62,450 bases of DNA from a virus (taxonomy: Duplodnaviria > Caudoviricetes). The notes beneath the pieces are model-generated. The model did no database searches. It was not told the DNA's origin and worked only from the letters and a program-made list of their open reading frames with translations. The position numbers and the translations under genes are program-made. Positions 8,565 to 17,220 of the stretch are shown piece by piece (positions within the stretch are counted from its first letter, which is position 1; each line of letters opens with the position of its first letter). The stretch spans positions 1 to 62,450 of the IMG/VR virus record IMGVR_UViG_3300042892_000658. One strand, written 5' to 3'.

Positions 8565-9694
8565 TAATTGTCTCTTAGGTTAGTGTTGCAGAAGTAGACT
8601 ACTTTTTCTGCACGGTTAATCCAATCCAGCTTGCGCCCACCATACATCATCTGTTGGGTACTAACTAATAAAGGAATTGGAAACTCCCAAGTTTTAGGAA
8701 GTTTCTTAGCATATACTACTTTAACATGATACGGGTCATAATCGCTAGTCTTAGTCTTGCCGTTTTGATCAAAGCGCACTATGTCTGCTTCATCAAACCG
8801 TGACAGGTCTATTTCGCCAATCATACTAGGATCCCATATACAAACTGGATAACGATTGGTCAATTCGGCATAGTCAAACAACCATTCTAATAATTCTGCT
8901 CTAGGTTCTAACTGTACAGTATGTTTGGTACCAATATACTCTAGTGCTTGCCCGTATTTGACGCTGGCTTCTTCTAATAGATCAGCATCAACACTATAAC
9001 CTAATATGCCAGCATGATCGATTAACTTAACAAAGTCATCGCCTATATGTTCAGCAACATATTCTTTAAGGCTATTGGCAGCATTAGTAATAGCATAGCC
9101 ATCTGCTGTTCTAACTAGTTTGATTTCGTACGGTTGACTTTCGCAGGCTAAGATTTGATTGAATAGATCTGTGACCAGCGAGTCTACTTCAAAGTCATTT
9201 GAGTTGCCCCAGGTAACAATAAAGTTTACATTGTATTCCGTAATACCCAACTGCCAAACTTTAGCTTCACGATCAAACACTGCACGACCTTGCCCTGTAT
9301 CTTTTAGCTGGCGCATTTCTTCAATGCGTTGTTGACTGTAGGGAAACTTAACCAGGAGGTTACCGTCTGCTAGCCAAATACGCTGTTGACGATCTATAAC
9401 TCGCAGAGCATATCTCCACTTAGGTGCAGTTTCTACAGGGCTAATATCAATACCATTATTAGCAAACTGTTTGCGATATTTAGTGACTAACTTAAGTGCT
9501 AGTTCACCTTGCTTGTCTGTTAATGCAGTATTATTCCATAAGGTACTATTAGCCATGCTGTCTACAATTTGTATGTCATAGCGAGCCAGACTAAAGTTAT
9601 ACTTAGACATTGGTTGTACAAACAAAGCAGTATTGCCGGGCTCGTATCCTGCTAGCAGTTCTAGATAATCTTCGACGTGTTGATAGCTTAACAT
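8564..9694 (-). CDS. Hypothetical protein
   Basis: 376 aa; TAATG coupling to uvsW. Confidence 0.7.
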   Translation of the reverse strand: MLSYQHVEDYLELLAGYEPGNTALFVQPMSKYNFSLARYDIQIVDSMANSTLWNNTALTDKQGELALKLVTKYRKQFANNGIDISPVETAPKWRYALRVIDRQQRIWLADGNLLVKFPYSQQRIEEMRQLKDTGQGRAVFDREAKVWQLGITEYNVNFIVTWGNSNDFEVDSLVTDLFNQILACESQPYEIKLVRTADGYAITNAANSLKEYVAEHIGDDFVKLIDHAGILGYSVDADLLEEASVKYGQALEYIGTKHTVQLEPRAELLEWLFDYAELTNRYPVCIWDPSMIGEIDLSRFDEADIVRFDQNGKTKTSDYDPYHVKVVYAKKLPKTWEFPIPLLVSTQQMMYGGRKLDWINRAEKVVYFCNTNLRDN

Positions 9695-9700
9695 ACTATT

Positions 9701-9729
9701 AGTATACCTTATTTAATTGTGAAAAGCAA
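9701..9729 (-). promoter_or_regulatory. Sigma70-type promoter
   Basis: TTGCTT-17-TATACT, 6 nt before ATG 9694. Confidence 0.6.
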
Positions 9730-9732
9730 GAG

Positions 9733-9764
9733 AAAAAGAAGCCCAAATGTTTCCACTTGGGCTT
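9733..9764 (-). terminator. Intrinsic terminator after fhs
   Basis: AAGCCCAA/TTGGGCTT stem followed by CTTTTT on the minus strand. Confidence 0.7.
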
Positions 9765-9821
9765 AAAGACCATCACACTAGGAGCTAGACAATAGCGTAT
9801 GATGGGGTACTACAAAAATAT

Positions 9822-11441
9822 TTAATCTAATCCTGTAATCTCACCCTTAGAATTGATATCAATCTTTTCTGCGTTTGGTTGTGCTGGTAATCCTGGCATG
9901 GTCATGATGTTGCCGCAGACTGCTACAATAAACTCTGCGCCTGTGCATAGTCTTAATTCACGCACTGTTAGAGTATGTGATTGTGTAGCGGCGTGTTTAT
10001 TAGAGGGATCGTCACTGAAACTGCTCTGCGTTTTAGCAATACAAATTGGATAATTGCCGTATTGTTCTTGCAGTTCATTTAATCGTGCTGTTACTTTAGC
10101 ATCCATATCAATGCCATTGGCGCCATAGATACGTGTGGCTACTTTGTTTAGTTTAGACAATAACGTGTCGCCATCTTCGTAGGTCAACTCCATTTGTTTG
10201 CTAGAACGATCAATAGCAATAATAACTTCGTGTGCTAGTTCTTCTGCGCCAGATCCACCGTTGGCAAAGTGCGTACACTCTACTGCTTCAATGTCAAACG
10301 TTTCGTTAACGTGCGTGATTAACGCATTAATATCTTGGTCTGTATCATCTTTAAAACGATTAACTGCAACAACACAAGGCAAGTTATACCAGTTTTTAAT
10401 GTTGGCTATATGCTTGTCTAAGTTATCGTAGTTGCCTTGATGTTTAACAGCCCTTACAGTTGCTACAAGCACCACTACGTCAGGTTTAAGACCGCTTTTA
10501 CGGCACTTAATGTTGATAAACTTCTCAGCACCTAGATCAGCACCAAAGCCTGCTTCTGTTACTACGTAGTCAGCCAACTTCATAGCTAGTTTAGTAGCAA
10601 TAACACTATTACAGCCGTGTGCTATATTAGCAAATGGGCCACCGTGTACTAGTGCAGGAGTACCTTCTAAGGTCTGCACAAGGTTAGGTTTAACAGCTTC
10701 TTTTAACAAGGCAGCCATAGCACCATGTGCCTTTAATTGCTTGGCTGTAACAGGATTTTTATCCTTGGTATATCCTACAGTAATACGCCCTAGGCGCTTT
10801 TTAAGATCTTTAAAGTCTTCTGCCAGGCACAGTATAGCCATTACTTCCGACGCCACAACAATGTCAAATCCTTCCTCACGGGTAACGCTGTTATGCGCAC
10901 CTAAACCTACTACGGTTGAACGTAGACTACGATCATTCATTTCACTTACACGACGCCAAGTGATACGGTTAGTGTCTAGGTTTAATTCATTACCCCAATG
11001 CAGGTGATTGTCAATCATCGAACTTAGTAAGTTATGCGCACAGGCAATAGCGTGGAAGTCACCTGTAAAGTGTAGGTTAATATCTTCCATCGGTGCTACT
11101 TGCGCATAGCCGCCGCCAGTTGCTCCGCCCTTCATACCAAATACTGGACCTAGCGCAGGCTCACGTAAACACACAATTGACTTGTATGCTAGTTTACGCA
11201 GTCCGTCGGCTAGGCCAATGGTTGTTGTAGTTTTGCCTTCGCCAGCAGGTGTTGGAGTTACAGCAGTAACTAAGATCAACTTGCTATCACGACCGGGACG
11301 TTTTGCAAGTTGATCTATGTTTAGTTTGGCTTTCCTACTACCGTATACTTCTAACTGTTCATCTCGTACATTAATAGAACTAGCAATTGCTGTAATAGGT
11401 AGTAGTTTGGCCGCTTGGTTGATTTGGATATCTGTTTTCAT
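9822..11441 (-). CDS. fhs: Formate--tetrahydrofolate ligase
   Basis: [78 protein letters not shown]. Confidence 0.97.
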   Translation of the reverse strand: MKTDIQINQAAKLLPITAIASSINVRDEQLEVYGSRKAKLNIDQLAKRPGRDSKLILVTAVTPTPAGEGKTTTTIGLADGLRKLAYKSIVCLREPALGPVFGMKGGATGGGYAQVAPMEDINLHFTGDFHAIACAHNLLSSMIDNHLHWGNELNLDTNRITWRRVSEMNDRSLRSTVVGLGAHNSVTREEGFDIVVASEVMAILCLAEDFKDLKKRLGRITVGYTKDKNPVTAKQLKAHGAMAALLKEAVKPNLVQTLEGTPALVHGGPFANIAHGCNSVIATKLAMKLADYVVTEAGFGADLGAEKFINIKCRKSGLKPDVVVLVATVRAVKHQGNYDNLDKHIANIKNWYNLPCVVAVNRFKDDTDQDINALITHVNETFDIEAVECTHFANGGSGAEELAHEVIIAIDRSSKQMELTYEDGDTLLSKLNKVATRIYGANGIDMDAKVTARLNELQEQYGNYPICIAKTQSSFSDDPSNKHAATQSHTLTVRELRLCTGAEFIVAVCGNIMTMPGLPAQPNAEKIDINSKGEITGLD

Positions 11442-11459
11442 TGATACTACTATTTAAGA

Positions 11460-11630
11460 TCAACGAGGACGATAGGTGTAATTTATGGCTATAATGATTA
11501 GGTCTAACAGTGCGCCAAAGTAGTTTTGTTTACCGATGTCCATAATAAAGCACATGGCAAACACACCAATGATGAACCACGTTAACGGTTGCTCATTAGT
11601 CCTAAACCAACGATGAATAGTTGTCCACAT
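11460..11630 (-). CDS. Small membrane protein (56 aa)
   Basis: Manual translation MWTTIHRWFRTNEQPLTWFIIGVFAMCFIMDIGKQNYFGALLDLIIIAINYTYRPR; two hydrophobic segments; below the ORF-track cutoff. Confidence 0.65.
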   Translation of the reverse strand: MWTTIHRWFRTNEQPLTWFIIGVFAMCFIMDIGKQNYFGALLDLIIIAINYTYRPR

Positions 11631-11631
11631 A

Positions 11632-11820
11632 TTATTTGTTTCCTTTGTTTAAATTGTCAAGAGTTTTATTGATGCTACTGGTTAATCTACCCAATTGAAT
11701 CCAAACAGCATGAGCACGACCTAGGCAGTAGCCAAATATAGCACCCCAAAACCACATCATTAGAACCACTTCACCGGTGGTAAGTGGACGACCTAATTTA
11801 AAATATTCTAACCATTCCAT
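11632..11820 (-). CDS. Small membrane protein (62 aa)
   Basis: One hydrophobic segment; GGAGG SD upstream. Confidence 0.65.
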   Translation of the reverse strand: MEWLEYFKLGRPLTTGEVVLMMWFWGAIFGYCLGRAHAVWIQLGRLTSSINKTLDNLNKGNK

Positions 11821-11821
11821 A

Positions 11822-11983
11822 TTATTTTACCTCCGGAAATACATCACTGGCAATATCCATCATCATCCAACCAATGGCAAACATACCTAAGAAGCGTTGT
11901 ACTTCTGGTGCCCAAACACCAACTGCTCCCAACACTACCAAACTTACCAACGCAAATAAAATTCTTTTTGTATAAACTGACAT
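11822..11983 (-). CDS. Small membrane protein (53 aa)
   Basis: MSVYTKRILFALVSLVVLGAVGVWAPEVQRFLGMFAIGWMMMDIASDVFPEVK; AAGGAG SD. Confidence 0.7.
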   Translation of the reverse strand: MSVYTKRILFALVSLVVLGAVGVWAPEVQRFLGMFAIGWMMMDIASDVFPEVK

Positions 11984-11996
11984 TTACTTCTCCTTC

Positions 11997-12128
11997 TTAG
12001 TCTTTACCGCTAGCTAAAAGTATTACGGTAAGTAGGAACCACCAAGCACTCCAATCTTGCCAACCTACTAGGTAAACGGTACCTCCTAGTAGGATTAAAT
12101 TATACATCATTGCCAACAGCAACTTCAT
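11997..12128 (-). CDS. Small membrane protein (43 aa)
   Basis: MKLLLAMMYNLILLGGTVYLVGWQDWSAWWFLLTVILLASGKD; TAATG coupling to the upstream gene. Confidence 0.65.
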   Translation of the reverse strand: MKLLLAMMYNLILLGGTVYLVGWQDWSAWWFLLTVILLASGKD

Positions 12129-12325
12129 TATTCGTACCCCAATAAACATTGATCACTTTCTATTTTACAGTGCAGAATACTATCATTTTCATTGTGACAT
12201 GGGGCATAATAAGCCCTGCCCCATTCAACATAACTAATAGGACAGTCTTCTCCTGCCACAGTTACCGGTAACTGTGTTGCCACAGTTACCCCAACTACTA
12301 TTAAAATTGCTACAATGTATTTCAA
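12128..12325 (-). CDS. Small secreted Cys-containing protein
   Basis: N-terminal signal-like segment and four Cys. Confidence 0.55.
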   Translation of the reverse strand: MKYIVAILIVVGVTVATQLPVTVAGEDCPISYVEWGRAYYAPCHNENDSILHCKIESDQCLLGYE

Positions 12326-13348
12326 TTATGCCGCTTTCATACAAGTTGTCTTAGCCATAGCTTGCCAATTTAGCGGAAAGCTCTTGTATAGCTGTGCTAC
12401 CTTAATTGCCATACGCAAACTCATTTCACGGAACTTGTTTTTGTTAGCATCTAAAAAGTCGATAATTTCATCTTGACCAATATCACTAATACCCAAGTCT
12501 GAAAACATTTCACCTTGTTTAGCAATCTGCTTAATACGCAATACTTTATCACGCATTGTGTCTAATGTTAAATCTAAATAGTGACAGCGTGATTGTAGTG
12601 CTTCTAAGTGATCTTTTAAGCGTGTTGACTTAACAGCGTCAAATTTCAAGTTAGTAATAAAAATTACACTGCCTTTAAAGATAAAACTGTTTGGGATGTC
12701 TTCTTGTTTAAGCACACGTGACTCTGATAACCAACTAATTTTACGCGACTTACCACTGTCCAACGCACCTTTAAGCAAGTTCAAACTAACGTCATCAAAC
12801 AAAATGCTGTCACAGTCATCAAACACAATAACTGAATTCTCATCGCTGTATTCATACAATTTTTTGTACAAACCAATAGCACTAGCACTACCTTTAACTA
12901 CTTCGTGTTTAGGTTTTGCATTAGCAATATTTTGGAATAAGTTAGCACGTTCAATTTGACCTTCTACTGTATAACTCTTACCAACACCAGGAGGGCCACT
13001 TACAATCAGCGCACGAATGTCGCCATTTAGCACTGCTTTAGTCATGTTGTCTAAGATTTCAAAACGTTCGCCAATTTCAGCAATACGCTCTTCGTCTGTT
13101 TGTTTAGCATGTGTGTCCACGCCCTTAACCGCCACCTCGCCTGTGTATTCTGTTGCGTCTACTAATTCGTACTCTGTAGGACTAGAGATAGTAACACGTA
13201 TTTTATCTTTACCAAAACGACCAGTGCCGTCTACAGTGATAAAACCACCTTTGCTACCTAATTGAAATTGTTTTACTAGAGGAAATACTTCATCTGTAAT
13301 TGCTTGATTACGATAAGTACCATTTTTAATTTTAACAAAACCTGTCAT
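12326..13348 (-). CDS. AAA+ family ATPase
   Basis: Walker A GPPGVGKS, Walker B IVFDD, sensor-1 FITN, arginine finger ALQSR; AAGGAG SD. Confidence 0.85.
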   Translation of the reverse strand: MTGFVKIKNGTYRNQAITDEVFPLVKQFQLGSKGGFITVDGTGRFGKDKIRVTISSPTEYELVDATEYTGEVAVKGVDTHAKQTDEERIAEIGERFEILDNMTKAVLNGDIRALIVSGPPGVGKSYTVEGQIERANLFQNIANAKPKHEVVKGSASAIGLYKKLYEYSDENSVIVFDDCDSILFDDVSLNLLKGALDSGKSRKISWLSESRVLKQEDIPNSFIFKGSVIFITNLKFDAVKSTRLKDHLEALQSRCHYLDLTLDTMRDKVLRIKQIAKQGEMFSDLGISDIGQDEIIDFLDANKNKFREMSLRMAIKVAQLYKSFPLNWQAMAKTTCMKAA

Positions 13349-13409
13349 TTAATGCTCCTTAGTTTTAGTTTTATAATCGAAGCTTTTGTCGCTTTCTTAT
13401 TATTGTAGT

Positions 13410-13438
13410 ATTATAACACCTCTGCAGGTGTTTGTCAA
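13410..13438 (-). promoter_or_regulatory. Consensus sigma70 promoter with palindromic spacer
   Basis: TTGACA-17-TATAAT; AACACCT-N4-AGGTGTT inverted repeat at 13415-13432. Confidence 0.8.
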
Positions 13439-13449
13439 GTACTTTATGG

Positions 13450-13555
13450 AGGGGATTTAGGATGCTGTTACGACCGGAACAACCCTTAGTAGTAACGTTA
13501 ATAAAATTAAAATGTAACAACACCCTAAAACTGTGAAATCGTTTCCTAACTGTCA
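13450..13555 (-). ncRNA. Candidate structured small RNA or 5' leader
   Basis: 16-bp stem (13514-13529 with 13456-13471) fully paired with two G-U pairs only in the minus-strand transcript; lies directly downstream of a consensus promoter. Confidence 0.45.
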
Positions 13556-13561
13556 AATGCT

Positions 13562-13590
13562 ATTATACTATCATTTGGTTAGATTGTCAA
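13562..13590 (-). promoter_or_regulatory. Consensus sigma70 early promoter
   Basis: GGTTGACA-ATCTAACCAAATGATAG(17)-TATAAT. Confidence 0.85.
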
Positions 13591-13595
13591 CCGCT

Positions 13596-13883
13596 TTAGT
13601 AATTAAGTTGGCGGAAGTCTGAGTATGGAATTGTGTAGTTGTTAGCACGAATAATTGCGACTAACTCTTTGGCAGCCGCGTTGTAAAAACGTACAAATTG
13701 ACGAACTTGCCCACCGCTACGTTCGCCGTCGCAGGTTAAGTTCTCTGGGCTTAGGTCATTGTCTAAACTATCATACAAATTTTGACAATCACGTTCTGAT
13801 AAGTTATTAACATCATAGGTTACATTATTGAAAATACGTGCCCAAGCATTTTTCTGTTCAATATACTGTGCTAGATTTTTCAT
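13596..13883 (-). CDS. Hypothetical early phage protein
   Basis: 95 aa with LSPENLTCDGE motif; own promoter and AGGAG SD. Confidence 0.75.
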   Translation of the reverse strand: MKNLAQYIEQKNAWARIFNNVTYDVNNLSERDCQNLYDSLDNDLSPENLTCDGERSGGQVRQFVRFYNAAAKELVAIIRANNYTIPYSDFRQLNY

Positions 13884-13886
13884 TAG

Positions 13887-13947
13887 TTGCTCCTGTGTTG
13901 TTAGTGTATGTATAGCATTATACAGTCATTTTACCAAAATGTCAACC
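13887..13947 (-). repeat. Promoter-RBS repeat, copy A (61 bp)
   Basis: GGTTGACATTTTGGTAAAATGACTGTATAATGCTATACATACACTAACAACACAGGAGCAA, identical to 15154-15214. Confidence 0.95.
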
Positions 13948-13948
13948 G

Positions 13949-14476
13949 TTATTTTGGATTAACGAATCCTTCTACATCAAACTCATATACCTTATTACCG
14001 GCTTGAAAAAACTCCGGTTCTACCATAACTTTCGATGCTCCTGCAAGTTCTTTGATAAATTGGGTGTTAGACCCATTACACATCCAGATTCTCTCTGAGT
14101 TATAGTTAACATCTGCGCAGAATGTGTATTGTTTAGGCGGACGATTATCAATCTTAATACGAACCTGGCAACCTTCCCAATTGTTGCATATTAGCTGTCC
14201 TTTGTTCACCATAAATTTAACACCGCCAGAATTGAATACCACAATAGTTCCTTGACTGCCACCATTATACGGGAATTCAAAATCTATTAAATTTTTGCTA
14301 TCTGTATAGGTATATTTGGTAATCTTCCCATCCATTTTGTCAGTGTTAGTACCAGAAGTCCAATTTGGTTTAGCTTCCTCTAATTCAACCATTGGGCTTT
14401 CATCTGAAGTATGTTGACTCGGACTATCACAGCCTGTTAGTGCAATTATGCCAAATATTATAAGAAATTTTTTCAT
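13949..14476 (-). CDS. Lipoprotein
   Basis: MKKFLIIFGIIALTG-C lipobox. Confidence 0.75.
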   Translation of the reverse strand: MKKFLIIFGIIALTGCDSPSQHTSDESPMVELEEAKPNWTSGTNTDKMDGKITKYTYTDSKNLIDFEFPYNGGSQGTIVVFNSGGVKFMVNKGQLICNNWEGCQVRIKIDNRPPKQYTFCADVNYNSERIWMCNGSNTQFIKELAGASKVMVEPEFFQAGNKVYEFDVEGFVNPK

Positions 14477-14492
14477 TTACTTCTCCTAGACC

Positions 14493-14540
14493 GTTAGTGT
14501 ATGTATAGCATTATACAGTCATTTTACCAAAATGTCAACC
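14493..14540 (-). repeat. Promoter repeat, copy B (48 bp)
   Basis: Identical to 13900-13947; TTGACA-17-TATAAT. Confidence 0.95.
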
Positions 14541-14746
14541 AAATTAAATGGGCTATCTTTCAATGGGATCTTAACAAACTTGCGTCTACTTTTATTAAGT
14601 TTTTGTTTGTGTGTGTAATAGATGGGAGGACCCTCGCCCCACTTTTGGTAGCCTAAAGTGCGCTCACCGTCCATTAGGTACACGTGGTTGGGCTGTCGGT
14701 AATCAACAGCCCATTCAGTGACTTCTTTGAGGACTTCTATGGCCAT
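14519..14746 (-). CDS. Hypothetical early protein
   Basis: Start MAIEVLK coupled by TAATG; last codons (VDILVK*) lie inside the promoter repeat. Confidence 0.65.
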   Translation of the reverse strand: MAIEVLKEVTEWAVDYRQPNHVYLMDGERTLGYQKWGEGPPIYYTHKQKLNKSRRKFVKIPLKDSPFNLVDILVK

Positions 14747-15150
14747 TAAGCATACTCTCTTGTACACTCGTATGGGCTATCCCACTCACCTACATTTAAA
14801 TGAATGTAATAGGCAATATGGAAATAATCTATTTGCGAATCACTTTTATCAAACCAAGCACGACCACCAGCACGAGCTGGAGCACACTTGATAATTTCTA
14901 ATACCTGATCAAAGAACGCTTCGTACTTGCCATAGTTATATAAATGATATTCGTTGATTTGAACATATTTACGTTTAGTAGGCAAATGACCATCATCAAA
15001 CACTTCAGCAAAATCAACTGGACCCTGTTTAATAGTTACATCAACTGAACTGCCCGCATAACCTTTACGTACACCAAACTTGAATTTAGGAAACGCTGCT
15101 TTAAGTTCATCACGTATTGCTTTTACATCTTGTGCGTTAATATAAGCCAT
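14746..15150 (-). CDS. LPD29-like domain protein
   Basis: K.IR.ELK.AFP..KF.VR..Y.GSSVDV....GP pattern recalled for large-polyvalent-protein-associated domain 29. Confidence 0.6.
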   Translation of the reverse strand: MAYINAQDVKAIRDELKAAFPKFKFGVRKGYAGSSVDVTIKQGPVDFAEVFDDGHLPTKRKYVQINEYHLYNYGKYEAFFDQVLEIIKCAPARAGGRAWFDKSDSQIDYFHIAYYIHLNVGEWDSPYECTREYA

Positions 15151-15153
15151 TTA

Positions 15154-15214
15154 TTGCTCCTGTGTTGTTAGTGTATGTATAGCATTATACAGTCATTTTA
15201 CCAAAATGTCAACC
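15154..15214 (-). repeat. Promoter-RBS repeat, copy C (61 bp)
   Basis: Identical to copy A. Confidence 0.95.
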
Positions 15215-15604
15215 AAAAAGTGCTAATTCCTGCAATACTTCATCAAATTCTTTAGCATAACTGTATGGTAGACCTAACTTGTAGCAGATGTAATCGCCAC
15301 CGTACATTTTATCAGAATCCGTAAGAGCCAACCCTTCAACAATCCATCTAATAGATTGTTTGCGTGAGTTGCTAATTGACTCCAATGAAGCGACATGCTT
15401 TTCAAAACTAGCGATTGCTAATTGTTCACGGGTTTGTTCTTCCTTGACTGCAACATCGAGTTCACCCAATAAACGTTCCCAAATGAACTGTTTGCCTGCC
15501 TCATCAATGTTGGTCCATTCTTCCCAAAAGTATTCATCTGGACGTGAACCACGTGCATCTTTGTGTAGGTCGCTAACTAAGTTTTCATCAAATGTGTATG
15601 CCAT
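15209..15604 (-). CDS. Hypothetical early protein
   Basis: Start MAYTFDE after a GGAG SD; SDLHKDARGSRP motif; the TGA stop is part of the -35 box of copy C. Confidence 0.7.
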   Translation of the reverse strand: MAYTFDENLVSDLHKDARGSRPDEYFWEEWTNIDEAGKQFIWERLLGELDVAVKEEQTREQLAIASFEKHVASLESISNSRKQSIRWIVEGLALTDSDKMYGGDYICYKLGLPYSYAKEFDEVLQELALFG

Positions 15605-15620
15605 TGTGTGCTCCATTGCT

Positions 15621-15667
15621 TTAGTGTATAAGTGCTATTATACAGTAAGTCAACCAAAATGTCAACC
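15621..15667 (-). promoter_or_regulatory. Sigma70 early promoter, diverged repeat copy D
   Basis: GGTTGACA-TTTTGGTTGACTTACTG(17)-TATAAT..TACACTAA. Confidence 0.85.
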
Positions 15668-15672
15668 AAAAT

Positions 15673-15846
15673 CTAATAGGTTTCTTTGGTGATGTAAAAC
15701 TCTTCTTTGGGATATTTTGCGATAAAATCTTCTGTGGCCACGTACTGATTAAGTCCAGTCATGTTGAAGAATTGTTTATGAAAAGCTGTGGTGTGTGTTG
15801 CCTTAACGCTGACTGTAAGATATACTGAGGTTGCTTTGCCTGCCAT
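15673..15846 (-). CDS. Hypothetical protein (57 aa)
   Basis: MAGKATSVYLTVSVKATHTTAFHKQFFNMTGLNQYVATEDFIAKYPKEEFYITKETY; AGGAG SD. Confidence 0.7.
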   Translation of the reverse strand: MAGKATSVYLTVSVKATHTTAFHKQFFNMTGLNQYVATEDFIAKYPKEEFYITKETY

Positions 15847-15859
15847 GATTGTCGTGCTC

Positions 15860-16060
15860 CTATTGGGCTAACTTTGTGAAAATGCTCTGTTGAAGTTCTG
15901 CTACTTCGTCGTTTGGTACATAGTAATCTGTTGTTGGATCATAGTACTCACCAGCAGGTGCATCATAGTATAACACACGACCGTTTGGATAATGGAATGG
16001 ACCTTCTAGGCCTTTACGAGCACCATATTCTTTGCCATTTTGGAAAACTACGTATGCCAT
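15860..16060 (-). CDS. Hypothetical early protein
   Basis: 66 aa, GLEGPF..YYD...GEYYDP motif; own promoter. Confidence 0.7.
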   Translation of the reverse strand: MAYVVFQNGKEYGARKGLEGPFHYPNGRVLYYDAPAGEYYDPTTDYYVPNDEVAELQQSIFTKLAQ

Positions 16061-16091
16061 ATGCCTATTCCTTATTAACTAAACAAGCATC

Positions 16092-16122
16092 ATTATACGC
16101 TATTTTGGTTAGTTTGTCAACC
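16092..16122 (-). promoter_or_regulatory. Consensus sigma70 early promoter
   Basis: GGTTGACA-AACTAACCAAAATAGCG(17)-TATAAT; the TGA in its -35 box terminates the 16117 gene. Confidence 0.85.
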
Positions 16123-17220
16123 GTTTTGTTGGGATAATAGATGTTTTTGGAACCAGTTTTGAGGATGACATTCATAATTAAACTCATGTCCGTGCGCCTT
16201 CATAGGTATACGTGTCATAGCTAAAAATGCCGCGTCACGTGCTTGTTTTAAGGTATGAATATCTTGGTCAGGATTTAGGTCTAGTTTGCTGATATGGCCT
16301 TTCCAGAATAAAGGAATGTCTTCAACACACCAACGTGCTTCTGCACCATTAGGATCTATACTGTACAGTCGTTCTGCGGCAGCATACAAGTTAGTACATC
16401 CTTCTAGTCGTTCTGGATAACCAATACGTACCTTCATGTCATTATCGAAGAAACCCTGCGGTACATATAAAGGTGGTGCTATTGTACCTAGTAGTTTGCC
16501 CACATGGCTGTAGCCATCATAGTGACGAATTAGCTCTCTAGTAGGTGAATAAACTGTACCTGGTATTTTGTAACCGTACTGCCAACCTAGAGGATCAGTA
16601 CGATACATGTTATCTTCACCACAGTCAGTGTCAAACCAATACTTCTTAAATCTACCAGCTTTCATTAACAGTAGGCTGTCAACTGTGTCCCAAGTGAACT
16701 TGATAAAATTACCATCTGCCGTAAGCTCACCATTATGTAATAAACTCATGCGCATCTGTTCTGGCCAATGGCTGTAGTACATTACAGCTAAGGGATCTGG
16801 GTCTGCATTTAGTGTAGTAATACCAGCACGAATCATATCTAAATTACTGTCTATAAAGATATGGTCATCATTGCCTTCGTACCAAACTAACTGGCTGTCA
16901 TCGGCAAATCTTTCGTTGCATAGTGTGCGCCATTTATGTGTACGATCAATTCTATGCCAGTGTACTTCTAATTTTTCTGGCGGAAATATTGACAACATAT
17001 ATTCGTACATTTCTTCTTGGCGAGAGCTAAATTCTGCTAGGTCAACATAAAATACAAACTTGTCTACCAAGGGTGCCATTACTGCACGACTAGCAAGACA
17101 GTATTTGAATATGTCAAATCTATTGCTTACCGGAAACCAAGGAGCACGATCATAAACCGTGCCAGCATATGGCCAAGACATTTTAACGTCTGTGATTTTA
17201 ACGTTGTAGAATACTATCAT
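16117..17220 (-). CDS. Putative glycosyltransferase-like protein
   Basis: Last gene of the sugar operon; WYEGNDDHIF resembles a GT-A DxD/DD region; assignment is mostly contextual. Confidence 0.4.
   Translation of the reverse strand: MIVFYNVKITDVKMSWPYAGTVYDRAPWFPVSNRFDIFKYCLASRAVMAPLVDKFVFYVDLAEFSSRQEEMYEYMLSIFPPEKLEVHWHRIDRTHKWRTLCNERFADDSQLVWYEGNDDHIFIDSNLDMIRAGITTLNADPDPLAVMYYSHWPEQMRMSLLHNGELTADGNFIKFTWDTVDSLLLMKAGRFKKYWFDTDCGEDNMYRTDPLGWQYGYKIPGTVYSPTRELIRHYDGYSHVGKLLGTIAPPLYVPQGFFDNDMKVRIGYPERLEGCTNLYAAAERLYSIDPNGAEARWCVEDIPLFWKGHISKLDLNPDQDIHTLKQARDAAFLAMTRIPMKAHGHEFNYECHPQNWFQKHLLSQQNG

Noticed and set aside
13371-13556. 61-aa ORF from the track
   Set aside because: TTG start without an SD, and it runs through a promoter and a long stem; better explained as non-coding.
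13887-15667. Repeats as a CRISPR array or attC-type integron
   Set aside because: The units are promoter/RBS sequences separated by whole genes of ~400-600 bp; there are no uniform spacers, no cas or integrase gene, and no attC palindromes.
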